Positions 16,255 through 22,750 of a stretch of DNA of 24,000 bases are shown here, in pieces. The position numbers and the translations under genes were made by a program. The stretch covers positions 1,422,164 through 1,446,163 of the forward strand of contig NZ_CP110232.1 in NCBI RefSeq assembly GCF_029144185.1, given 5' to 3'. Source of the DNA: Vagococcus intermedius. GTDB taxonomy: Bacteria; Bacillota; Bacilli; Lactobacillales; Vagococcaceae. The stretch's first letter is position 1. Each line of letters begins with the position of its first letter. The notes beneath the pieces are model-generated. The model had not been told where the DNA came from. It was given only the letters and a program-made list of their open reading frames with translations, and made no database searches.

Positions 16255-16384
16255 CATTTGCTAATTCTTTCTCACTAAAAAGGAGTTTTATTTATGTTAT
16301 TAACCAGTGTGGGTGGTATCACAAGTTATCGTTTAGGTCAGGTTATAAAAATACTTACTTAATCATAATTTGGAGGTTCTACTT

Positions 16385-17767
16385 ATGTCAAAAAAAATTA
16401 AATCGATTAGCTTCTTAGAAGCCTTACTTATTTTTACGATCATGATTGTACTTATCGGATCCAGCGTTATTAAATTTGGTCTTTCTCCCGTTAGTCCTAT
16501 TATTTTAACCATCAGTCTATTGATAGTCTGGGCACGTATTCGCCGCATTACTTGGAAAGATATTCACGTTGGCTTGGAGGATGGTGTTAAAACAGGGATT
16601 GTCCCAATTTTCATCTTTTTATTAATTGGTGCTTTAATTAGTAGTTGGATTGCTGCAGGTATTATTCCAGCTATGATGATTACTGGCTTCAAATTAGTGA
16701 ATATCAATTTCTTTGTTCCTTCAACTTTTCTAGTTTGTGCCATCATCGGGACTTCTATTGGAAGTGCCTTTACAACTGCTTCAACAGTCGGACTAGCCTT
16801 AATGGGAATGGGAATCACTCTTGGTTTTAATCCTGCCCTTGTTGCTGGAGCGATCATTTCAGGTGCTGTTTTTGGTGATAAAATGTCCCCCTTATCTGAT
16901 AGCACCAATCTTTCCGCTGCTATTGCCGGTGCTGACTTATTTAAGCACATCCGAAATATGATGTGGACAACTATTCCAGCTTTAGCCATTTCCTCGATTC
17001 TTTTCTTTTGGTTAGGTCGAAATATCTCAACGAGCGGAACGACTGATACCATTGAACAATTGACAACAACTTTAAATCAACATTTCTCGATTGGTTGGTG
17101 GTCAGCTATTCCTCTTATATTTATGTTAGGTTGCTCTTTATTTAAAGTTCCAGCTATTGCTACTTTATTAAGCAATATCATGATTTCATTTATCATCTTT
17201 TTAATACAGAAACCACAAACTAAATTAAGCGAAGTCGCCTCAATTATCGAAAATGGTTTTGTATCACAAACAGGAGTGCCCGATTTAGATACACTTTTAA
17301 GTCGGGGAGGGTTAGCTAGCATGTTGGGATCTGTCTCACTAATCATCTTAACTTTAGCCTTAGGTGGGATGTTAATGCACTTCGGCATCATTGAAGCGCT
17401 AATGAAACCTTTAACAACTAAACTAGTAAGTACTGCGTCATTAGTTATTGCTACCGTGATTGGTGGTATGATGACAAATATCATGATTGGTGAGCAATAC
17501 TTAGCAATTATTCTACCCGGTAAAGCTATCAAGCCTTCTTTTGATAAAAGTAACTTAGATCCAGTTGTACTATCACGAGCATTGGAAGACTCAGGAGCTG
17601 TTTTAAATGCTCTAGTCCCTTGGGGAGTAACAGGCGTTTTCATGGCCAATACCCTTGGTGTGCCCACGTTAAGTTACCTACCATTTAGTTTCTTCAATTT
17701 ATTATGTCCCGTTCTTTCAATTTTATCCGGATTGACTGGGATTGGTATTAAAATGAAAAAACAATAG
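16385..17767 (+). CDS. NhaC-family (Na+/H+ antiporter superfamily) transporter, probably an amino-acid (tyrosine) transporter given the T-box
   Basis: Polytopic membrane ORF of about 460 aa. I prefer the ATG at 16385 (GGAGG SD 8 nt upstream) over the TTG at 16370. The NhaC family assignment is by overall sequence character. The T-box upstream implies amino-acid-responsive control. Confidence 0.75.
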   Translation: MSKKIKSISFLEALLIFTIMIVLIGSSVIKFGLSPVSPIILTISLLIVWARIRRITWKDIHVGLEDGVKTGIVPIFIFLLIGALISSWIAAGIIPAMMITGFKLVNINFFVPSTFLVCAIIGTSIGSAFTTASTVGLALMGMGITLGFNPALVAGAIISGAVFGDKMSPLSDSTNLSAAIAGADLFKHIRNMMWTTIPALAISSILFFWLGRNISTSGTTDTIEQLTTTLNQHFSIGWWSAIPLIFMLGCSLFKVPAIATLLSNIMISFIIFLIQKPQTKLSEVASIIENGFVSQTGVPDLDTLLSRGGLASMLGSVSLIILTLALGGMLMHFGIIEALMKPLTTKLVSTASLVIATVIGGMMTNIMIGEQYLAIILPGKAIKPSFDKSNLDPVVLSRALEDSGAVLNALVPWGVTGVFMANTLGVPTLSYLPFSFFNLLCPVLSILSGLTGIGIKMKKQ

Positions 17768-17800
17768 CTTACTCATACTAAACAACTAACACTTATTAAA

Positions 17801-17840
17801 ACAGCCGAGAGTTAATGCTTATTAACTCTCGGCTGTTTTT
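17801..17840. terminator. bidirectional rho-independent terminator between convergent transporter genes
   Basis: ACAGCCGAGAGTTAAT (17801-17816) / ATTAACTCTCGGCTGT (17821-17836) form a 16-bp perfect stem with a GCTT loop. T4 follows and an A run precedes. Confidence 0.9.
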
Positions 17841-17843
17841 GAT

Positions 17844-18623
17844 TTATAATCTTGTTCTATCTTTTTCAAATAATAATAATAATTCTTCTAATGTTAAATT
17901 ACTTTTTTCTTCGGCTCCAATATCCGCTTTAATCTCCCCCTCTTCAAGTAAAATTAGCCGATTTCCATACTTGAGAGCATCTTCCATTCGATGAGTAATC
18001 ATTAAGCAAGTCAATTGGTCTGTATCAATTTTTTTAGCTGTCAGACTCATTAGATTAGCAGCCGTTTTCGGATCTAAAGCAGCTGTGTGTTCATCTAACA
18101 ATAATAATGTTGGCGGTTTTATCGTTGCCATCAATAGGCTCAATGCTTGCCTTTGTCCACCTGACAATTGTCCTGTCGGTGTTTCCAAATATTTTTCTAA
18201 ACCGTTATCAATTTTTTGACATAACTCTTTTAGAAGCTTTTTCTGTTCCTTGACATTTTGTTTCCTCAATTTTCTTTTTTCGCCACGTAACTTTGCTAAT
18301 AATAAATTTTCTGAAACAGTCATATTTGGAGCTGTTCCCATATGGGGATCTTGAAAAACTCGAGAAATCAACAACGCTCTTTCTTCTTCTTTTTTTAATG
18401 TGATATCTGTTTCACTAATCATCACAGTTCCTGAAGTTAACTTAGTAGTGCCGGCAATAATATTAAAAAGTGTTGATTTACCAGCTCCATTTCCTCCTAA
18501 TACTGTAATAAAGTCCCCTTTGTTTACTTGTAAAGTGATATTGTTCAAAAGTACCTGTTTATCATTGACACCATTGGCAATTTTCTTCACACCATTTCGT
18601 ATTTCTAAGACGATTTCTGGCAT
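17844..18623 (-). CDS. ABC transporter ATP-binding protein (COG1101-type)
   Basis: Walker A GGNGAGKST, signature LSGGQRQ, Walker B LLLLDEHTAALD. Its start abuts the permease stop. Confidence 0.9.
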   Translation of the reverse strand: MPEIVLEIRNGVKKIANGVNDKQVLLNNITLQVNKGDFITVLGGNGAGKSTLFNIIAGTTKLTSGTVMISETDITLKKEEERALLISRVFQDPHMGTAPNMTVSENLLLAKLRGEKRKLRKQNVKEQKKLLKELCQKIDNGLEKYLETPTGQLSGGQRQALSLLMATIKPPTLLLLDEHTAALDPKTAANLMSLTAKKIDTDQLTCLMITHRMEDALKYGNRLILLEEGEIKADIGAEEKSNLTLEELLLLFEKDRTRL

Positions 18624-19508
18624 TTATCTTTCCTCCGAACGTTTCATGACCTTATGATTCAAGTTAATTTTTAAAGTTGGAAGCATCAAGCAACTAGCCA
18701 GGACAACAGCAGATATTAATTTTAAATAATTTGTATTAAATCCTAATTTGATAACTAATAGTATTAATAATTGATACAATATACTGCCTACAACAATAGC
18801 AAGTAGTCGCTCTGATAATTGTAATTCTCCAAAGATAACTTCCCCAATAATAATTGAAGCTAAACCAATCACAATAATACCAATCCCTTTATCAACACTA
18901 GCATAGCCATCATTTTGGGCTAATAGCGCTCCAGATAAAGCTACCATCCCATTAGATAATGTTAAACCAATAATTTTCATTTTGTCTGTATTAATCCCAA
19001 ATGAACGTGCCATTTGTTCATTATCTCCTGTAGCGATATAAGCTTGCCCCAATTGAGTCTTTAGAAAAAATAATAATAATATTATTATCAAACTAACACT
19101 AATAACTCCGATTAATACCGTATCAAAATAATCCGGTAAATTTAAATTTTGAAACAGGTCATGGATCTTTTTCTGTTTTAATAACGAAAGACTTGGTGAT
19201 TTCATAACGAATAGGATCACTGAATTAGAAGCTGACATCACTAAAATCCCTGCTAATATAATGGGGATGTTCCCCTTTGTATACAATAGACCGGTCGTTA
19301 GACCAGCTAACATTCCTATTCCAACACCAAGTAACGTAGCTACTACTGGTGACATTCCTTGTGTAATTCCCATCACACAAACGGCTCCTCCTAATGGATA
19401 TGAACCCTCGACCGTCATATCAGGAAAGTTCAAAAGACGATACGTCATAAAAATTCCTAAACCTAATATTCCCCAAATTAATCCTTGTCCAATTGTTGAA
19501 ATTAACAT
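18624..19508 (-). CDS. ABC transporter permease (COG4120-type)
   Basis: 294-aa polytopic ORF lying between the SBP and ATPase genes of the same operon. Confidence 0.85.
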   Translation of the reverse strand: MLISTIGQGLIWGILGLGIFMTYRLLNFPDMTVEGSYPLGGAVCVMGITQGMSPVVATLLGVGIGMLAGLTTGLLYTKGNIPIILAGILVMSASNSVILFVMKSPSLSLLKQKKIHDLFQNLNLPDYFDTVLIGVISVSLIIILLLFFLKTQLGQAYIATGDNEQMARSFGINTDKMKIIGLTLSNGMVALSGALLAQNDGYASVDKGIGIIVIGLASIIIGEVIFGELQLSERLLAIVVGSILYQLLILLVIKLGFNTNYLKLISAVVLASCLMLPTLKINLNHKVMKRSEER

Positions 19509-19523
19509 GTTATTCCCTCATTT

Positions 19524-20522
19524 CTACTTAGTTTTACTTGCACTTTTTAATAGGTCGTCTGGAATCTTTATTCCTAATTTTTTTGCCTGTTCTTTATTTA
19601 TGACAACATCTCCTTTTGTAAATGTATAAATAGGTGTGGTAGCCGGCTGAGAGTCATTCCTTAAAATATCGGCAGTCATTTTCCCTGTCTGAACCCCCAA
19701 CTCATATTGGTTAATCCCAACAGTCGCTAACCCACCTTGGGCTACCATCGTATCAACTGAAGGCATAATTGGAATATTATTTTTTGTTGCTATATCAACA
19801 ACGATTTGCATAGCATTAGCAATGGTATTATCCGTAGGTAGATAAATTAAATCCACCTCTGAACTCATAACTTGAACCATTTGAGATATTTGATTACTCG
19901 AAGGAACTGGGTATTTTTTTACAAGCAACCCTCTTTTTCTCCCTTCTGCCACTACGCGACTAGCTTGAGCTTCAGAATTATCTTCTGCTGAGGAATATAA
20001 AACACCTACCTTTTTTAAAGTTGGCATGATTTTTTTAGCTAAATCTAATTGGGCGTCTACTGGTGATTGATCACTTACCCCTGTGATGTTCCCTCCTGGT
20101 TTTTGATTGTCAGCTACTAAATGAGCTGCTTGAGGATCAGTTATTGCTCCTAATACTATTGGTGTATTTGTTGTATTATTCGCCAAAGCTTGGGCAGCAG
20201 GTGTTGCAATTCCCACTAAAATATCGGCTTTTTTGTTTAGTAAGTATTGGCTCATCATGTTTAATTTACTTTGGTCAGCCTGCCCATTTTGAAATTCAAT
20301 TTTTAAATTTTTTTCAGATTCAAAGCCCTTTTCTGCCAAACCGTCTTGAATACCTCGGTAAATCTCATCTAGAGCTGGATGACTCACATATTGCAAAATC
20401 CCAACTGTTTTAGTTTCACGGTCCTGCTCTTTTTTCCTTGTTTCTTGCTTCTCGCTTACAAAAGTAGCTAGTACGATGATGATTAGTAGCAGCATCATCC
20501 CTAATAATCCTTTATTTTTCAT
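19524..20522 (-). CDS. ABC transporter substrate-binding protein (COG2984 / PF04392-type), membrane anchored
   Basis: I prefer the ATG at 20522 (GGAGG SD 8 nt upstream, MKNKGLLGMMLLLIIIVLATF signal/anchor). The track start at 20573 lies inside a terminator-like hairpin. The mature domain begins VGILQYVSHPALDEIYRGIQDGL, typical of this SBP family as I recall it. Confidence 0.8.
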   Translation of the reverse strand: MKNKGLLGMMLLLIIIVLATFVSEKQETRKKEQDRETKTVGILQYVSHPALDEIYRGIQDGLAEKGFESEKNLKIEFQNGQADQSKLNMMSQYLLNKKADILVGIATPAAQALANNTTNTPIVLGAITDPQAAHLVADNQKPGGNITGVSDQSPVDAQLDLAKKIMPTLKKVGVLYSSAEDNSEAQASRVVAEGRKRGLLVKKYPVPSSNQISQMVQVMSSEVDLIYLPTDNTIANAMQIVVDIATKNNIPIMPSVDTMVAQGGLATVGINQYELGVQTGKMTADILRNDSQPATTPIYTFTKGDVVINKEQAKKLGIKIPDDLLKSASKTK

Positions 20523-20554
20523 TTCTTCTTCCTCCATTCTTATATTTGGGTATA

Positions 20555-20592
20555 CAAAAAGACAATGACCCATTAATTGCAGTCATTGTCTT
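20555..20592 (-). terminator. second terminator-like hairpin (T2) in the ABC operon leader
   Basis: Minus strand: AAGACAATGAC (20592-20582) / GTCATTGTCTT (20569-20559) form an 11-bp perfect stem with a 12-nt loop. The stem runs into TTTTTG. It sits about 30 nt upstream of the SBP start codon. Confidence 0.5.
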
Positions 20593-20631
20593 AAAAATAG
20601 TACTAGTAGTCACCAACACTTTTATTAATAC

Positions 20632-20663
20632 AAAAAAACCACATAGATAAACACTCTACATGG
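20632..20663 (-). terminator. attenuator terminator (T1) in the ABC operon leader
   Basis: Minus-strand RNA: CCAUGUAGA (20663-20655) pairs with UCUAUGUGG (20647-20639). That gives 9 bp including two G.U pairs, which would be A.C mismatches on the + transcript. U7 (20638-20632) follows. Confidence 0.65.
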
Positions 20664-20682
20664 TTGGTTACTTACTTTTTAG

Positions 20683-20728
20683 CCACATAGATGCAAATTT
20701 AGAAGGTACTCTAAAAGTTGCATCTATG
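20683..20728 (-). promoter_or_regulatory. anti-antiterminator hairpin (segments A:B) of the ABC operon leader
   Basis: CATAGATGCAA (20728-20718) pairs perfectly with TTGCATCTATG (20696-20686), with an inner TTAGA/TCTAA extension. The 3' arm continues as ATCTATGTGG. That 10-mer is repeated exactly in the 3' arm of T1, so the T1 5' arm can pair with either copy. Confidence 0.6.
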
Positions 20729-20749
20729 AAAGAATCTTCATACACACAA

Positions 20750-20812
20750 CTATCTACGCCAGCTTTGCCAAGCATTCATTTGTTCTTTTTTGATAAGTGT
20801 TAGTTGTGTCAT
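20750..20812 (-). CDS. candidate leader peptide MTQLTLIKKEQMNAWQSWRR (two Trp codons)
   Basis: 20-codon ORF with a GAGG-type SD (AGAGGG) 7 nt upstream of the ATG. It starts about 30 nt downstream of the predicted transcription start. Trp codons are at positions 15 and 18, followed by Arg-Arg-stop. It lies upstream of alternative terminator/antiterminator helices. Confidence 0.4.
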   Translation of the reverse strand: MTQLTLIKKEQMNAWQSWRR

Positions 20813-20846
20813 GAAAATCCCTCTCTTCTCTTTTAATATAAGCCAT

Positions 20847-20875
20847 AGTTTACTTGGCTATAACTCTCTTGTCAA
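20847..20875 (-). promoter_or_regulatory. sigma-A promoter of the ABC operon leader
   Basis: Minus strand: TTGACA (20875-20870), 17-nt spacer, TAAACT (20852-20847). Confidence 0.65.
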
Positions 20876-20892
20876 CCTTTTTTTTATCTTAA

Positions 20893-20931
20893 TAAAAAAA
20901 ACAACTTCTCTCGATAGCTTTGAGAAGCTGT
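20893..20931 (-). terminator. rho-independent terminator of fhs
   Basis: Minus-strand RNA: ACAGCUUCUC / GAGAAGUUGU form a 10-bp stem (one G.U, which is A.C on the + transcript) with an 11-nt loop, followed by U7 (A7 at 20894-20900 on +). Confidence 0.75.
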
Positions 20932-20960
20932 TTTTATTAAACTAATTGAACGTTTTTTAA

Positions 20961-22637
20961 TTAAAACAAACCAGTAATTTGACCTGATTCATTAACATCA
21001 ATTGAATTAGCAGCTGGGATTTTCGGTAAACCTGGCATGGTCATAACATCTCCTGTATAAACGACAATAAAGCCCGCTCCAGCTGAAACTTTGATCTGAC
21101 TAACTTCAATCGTAAAGTCGGTCGGAGCACCTAGTAAACTGGGATCATCTGAAAATGAGTACTGGGTTTTAGCCATACAAACAGGTAACTTACCATAACC
21201 TAAGTGCTCCAGTTTAGCCATTGCTGTTTTCGCTGATTTAGCAAAACTCACACCCGATCCTCCATAGATTTTTTGGACTACTTCGGTAATTTTATCAGCA
21301 ATTGGTTGCTCATTATCATAAGCGTAAGAGAAATTATTTTCAGACGAATCACACATAGCAACGACTTCCTCTGCTAAAGCAACGCCTCCTGATCCTCCTT
21401 GGCCCCAAACGTCAGATAATACCACTTTTACATTTAATTCTTGACATTTTGCAGTAATTAGCGCTATTTCTTCTTCTGAATCGGTTGGGAATTTATTAAT
21501 CGCAACGACTGCTGGTAAATGATAAACATCAGTTATATTTGAAACATGCTTTAATAAATTAGGCAATCCAGCTTCTAAGGCCGTAAGGTCCACTTCTGAA
21601 AGTTGGTTCTTAGCTAAGCCACCATGCATTTTTAAAGCACGAACAGTTGCCACTACCACTACCGCACTTGGTGTAATGTTCGCTTGACGGCACTTGATAT
21701 CTAAAAATTTCTCAGCCCCTAAATCTGCCCCAAAACCGGCCTCAGTGACAACATATTCACCTAATTTCATAGCCGTTTTAGTAGCAATTACTGAATTACA
21801 ACCATGAGCAATATTGGCAAATGGGCCACCATGAATAATCGCTGGATTTTTTTCTAATGTTTGAACTAAATTAGGTTTAATAGCTTCTTTCAGAAGAGCT
21901 GTCATTGCACCTTCGGCTTTCAAGTCACCTGCTGTCACAGGTTCGTTATCTCGTGTATAAGCAACGATCATTTGACGTAAACGATTTTTCAAATCCTTTA
22001 AATCTGTCGCTAAACATAGAACTGCCATGATTTCAGAAGCGACAGTAATTTCAAACCCATCTTCTCGTGGAATACCATTTACACGTGCACCTAACCCATT
22101 TACAATACTACGTAATTGCCGATCATTCATGTCAACACAACGTTTCCAAGTAATACGATTAACATCAATATCCAGCATATTTCCTTGGTGAATATGATTA
22201 TCTAACAAAGCTGCTAACAAATTATTAGCCGCACCAATAGCATGAAAGTCTCCTGTAAAATGTAAGTTAATATCTTCCATTGGGACTACTTGGGCATACC
22301 CACCACCGGCAGCTCCCCCTTTAATGCCAAAGACTGGTCCTAAAGATGGCTCACGTAAAGCAATCACAGCTTTTTTACCAATCTTGTTTAAAGCATCTCC
22401 CAAGCCAACAACTGTCGTTGTTTTTCCTTCCCCAGCAGGTGTGGGTGTAATGGCTGTCACCAAAATAACTTTTCCTGTTGCCTCTTTATCGGCTAATGTT
22501 GCCACGTCAATTTTAGCCTTATAATTACCAAATAATTCTAAATTTTGACGTGTTAAATTTAATTTTTTAGCGACCTCTTCAATCATCACCATTTTGTTGG
22601 TTTGTGCTATTTCTATATCTGTTAAATACTCTGTCAT
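20961..22637 (-). CDS. fhs: formate--tetrahydrofolate ligase
   Basis: 558-aa ORF with [11 protein letters not shown]-loop region, [19 protein letters not shown], and a C-terminal [10 protein letters not shown]-type tail characteristic of FTHFS. AAGGGGGA SD upstream. Confidence 0.92.
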   Translation of the reverse strand: MTEYLTDIEIAQTNKMVMIEEVAKKLNLTRQNLELFGNYKAKIDVATLADKEATGKVILVTAITPTPAGEGKTTTVVGLGDALNKIGKKAVIALREPSLGPVFGIKGGAAGGGYAQVVPMEDINLHFTGDFHAIGAANNLLAALLDNHIHQGNMLDIDVNRITWKRCVDMNDRQLRSIVNGLGARVNGIPREDGFEITVASEIMAVLCLATDLKDLKNRLRQMIVAYTRDNEPVTAGDLKAEGAMTALLKEAIKPNLVQTLEKNPAIIHGGPFANIAHGCNSVIATKTAMKLGEYVVTEAGFGADLGAEKFLDIKCRQANITPSAVVVVATVRALKMHGGLAKNQLSEVDLTALEAGLPNLLKHVSNITDVYHLPAVVAINKFPTDSEEEIALITAKCQELNVKVVLSDVWGQGGSGGVALAEEVVAMCDSSENNFSYAYDNEQPIADKITEVVQKIYGGSGVSFAKSAKTAMAKLEHLGYGKLPVCMAKTQYSFSDDPSLLGAPTDFTIEVSQIKVSAGAGFIVVYTGDVMTMPGLPKIPAANSIDVNESGQITGLF

Positions 22638-22750
22638 ATGACCAATTCCCCCTTATACTCGACACTTCTCTAAATTCTATTTTTTAGTTATAGTTATTTA
22701 GAACGTCACAATGATTCTATTTTACCATCAATTGCCTTTTTTATTAAGAA

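Noticed and set aside
16363-17667. ORFs 16363-16548(-), 16564-17052(-), 16645-16830(+) and 17077-17667(-), all overlapping the NhaC-family gene
   Set aside because: All overlap the single long, coherent polytopic-membrane ORF on the + strand. They lack SDs and have composition typical of antisense or off-frame readings of a hydrophobic gene.
18400-20413. Plus-strand ORFs 18400-18657, 19261-19629 and 20144-20413
   Set aside because: Antisense shadows of the ABC ATPase, permease and SBP genes.
20523-20573. 17-codon N-terminal extension of the SBP ORF (track start at ATG 20573)
   Set aside because: That ATG lies in the loop of the T2 hairpin and has no SD. GGAGG sits 8 nt upstream of the ATG at 20522, which begins a typical signal/anchor sequence.
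20632-20850. ABC-operon leader as a T-box, TRAP site or PyrR site
   Set aside because: - T-box: no GGGUGGUACC core, AG bulge or GGUGNAA distal-loop pair.
- TRAP: GAG/UAG triplets are not arrayed at the regular 2-3 nt spacing TRAP needs, and TRAP is not expected in Lactobacillales.
- PyrR: AGAGAGGG near the 5' end resembles part of a PyrR box, but it is not in a hairpin loop and lacks the flanking UCC..GCU consensus.
22324-22524. 66-aa plus-strand ORF inside fhs
   Set aside because: Antisense shadow of the strongly supported fhs CDS.
22638-22750. Possible THF or glycine riboswitch upstream of fhs
   Set aside because: The 113-nt spacer is AT-rich with no conserved riboswitch motifs or stable helices that I could recognise.
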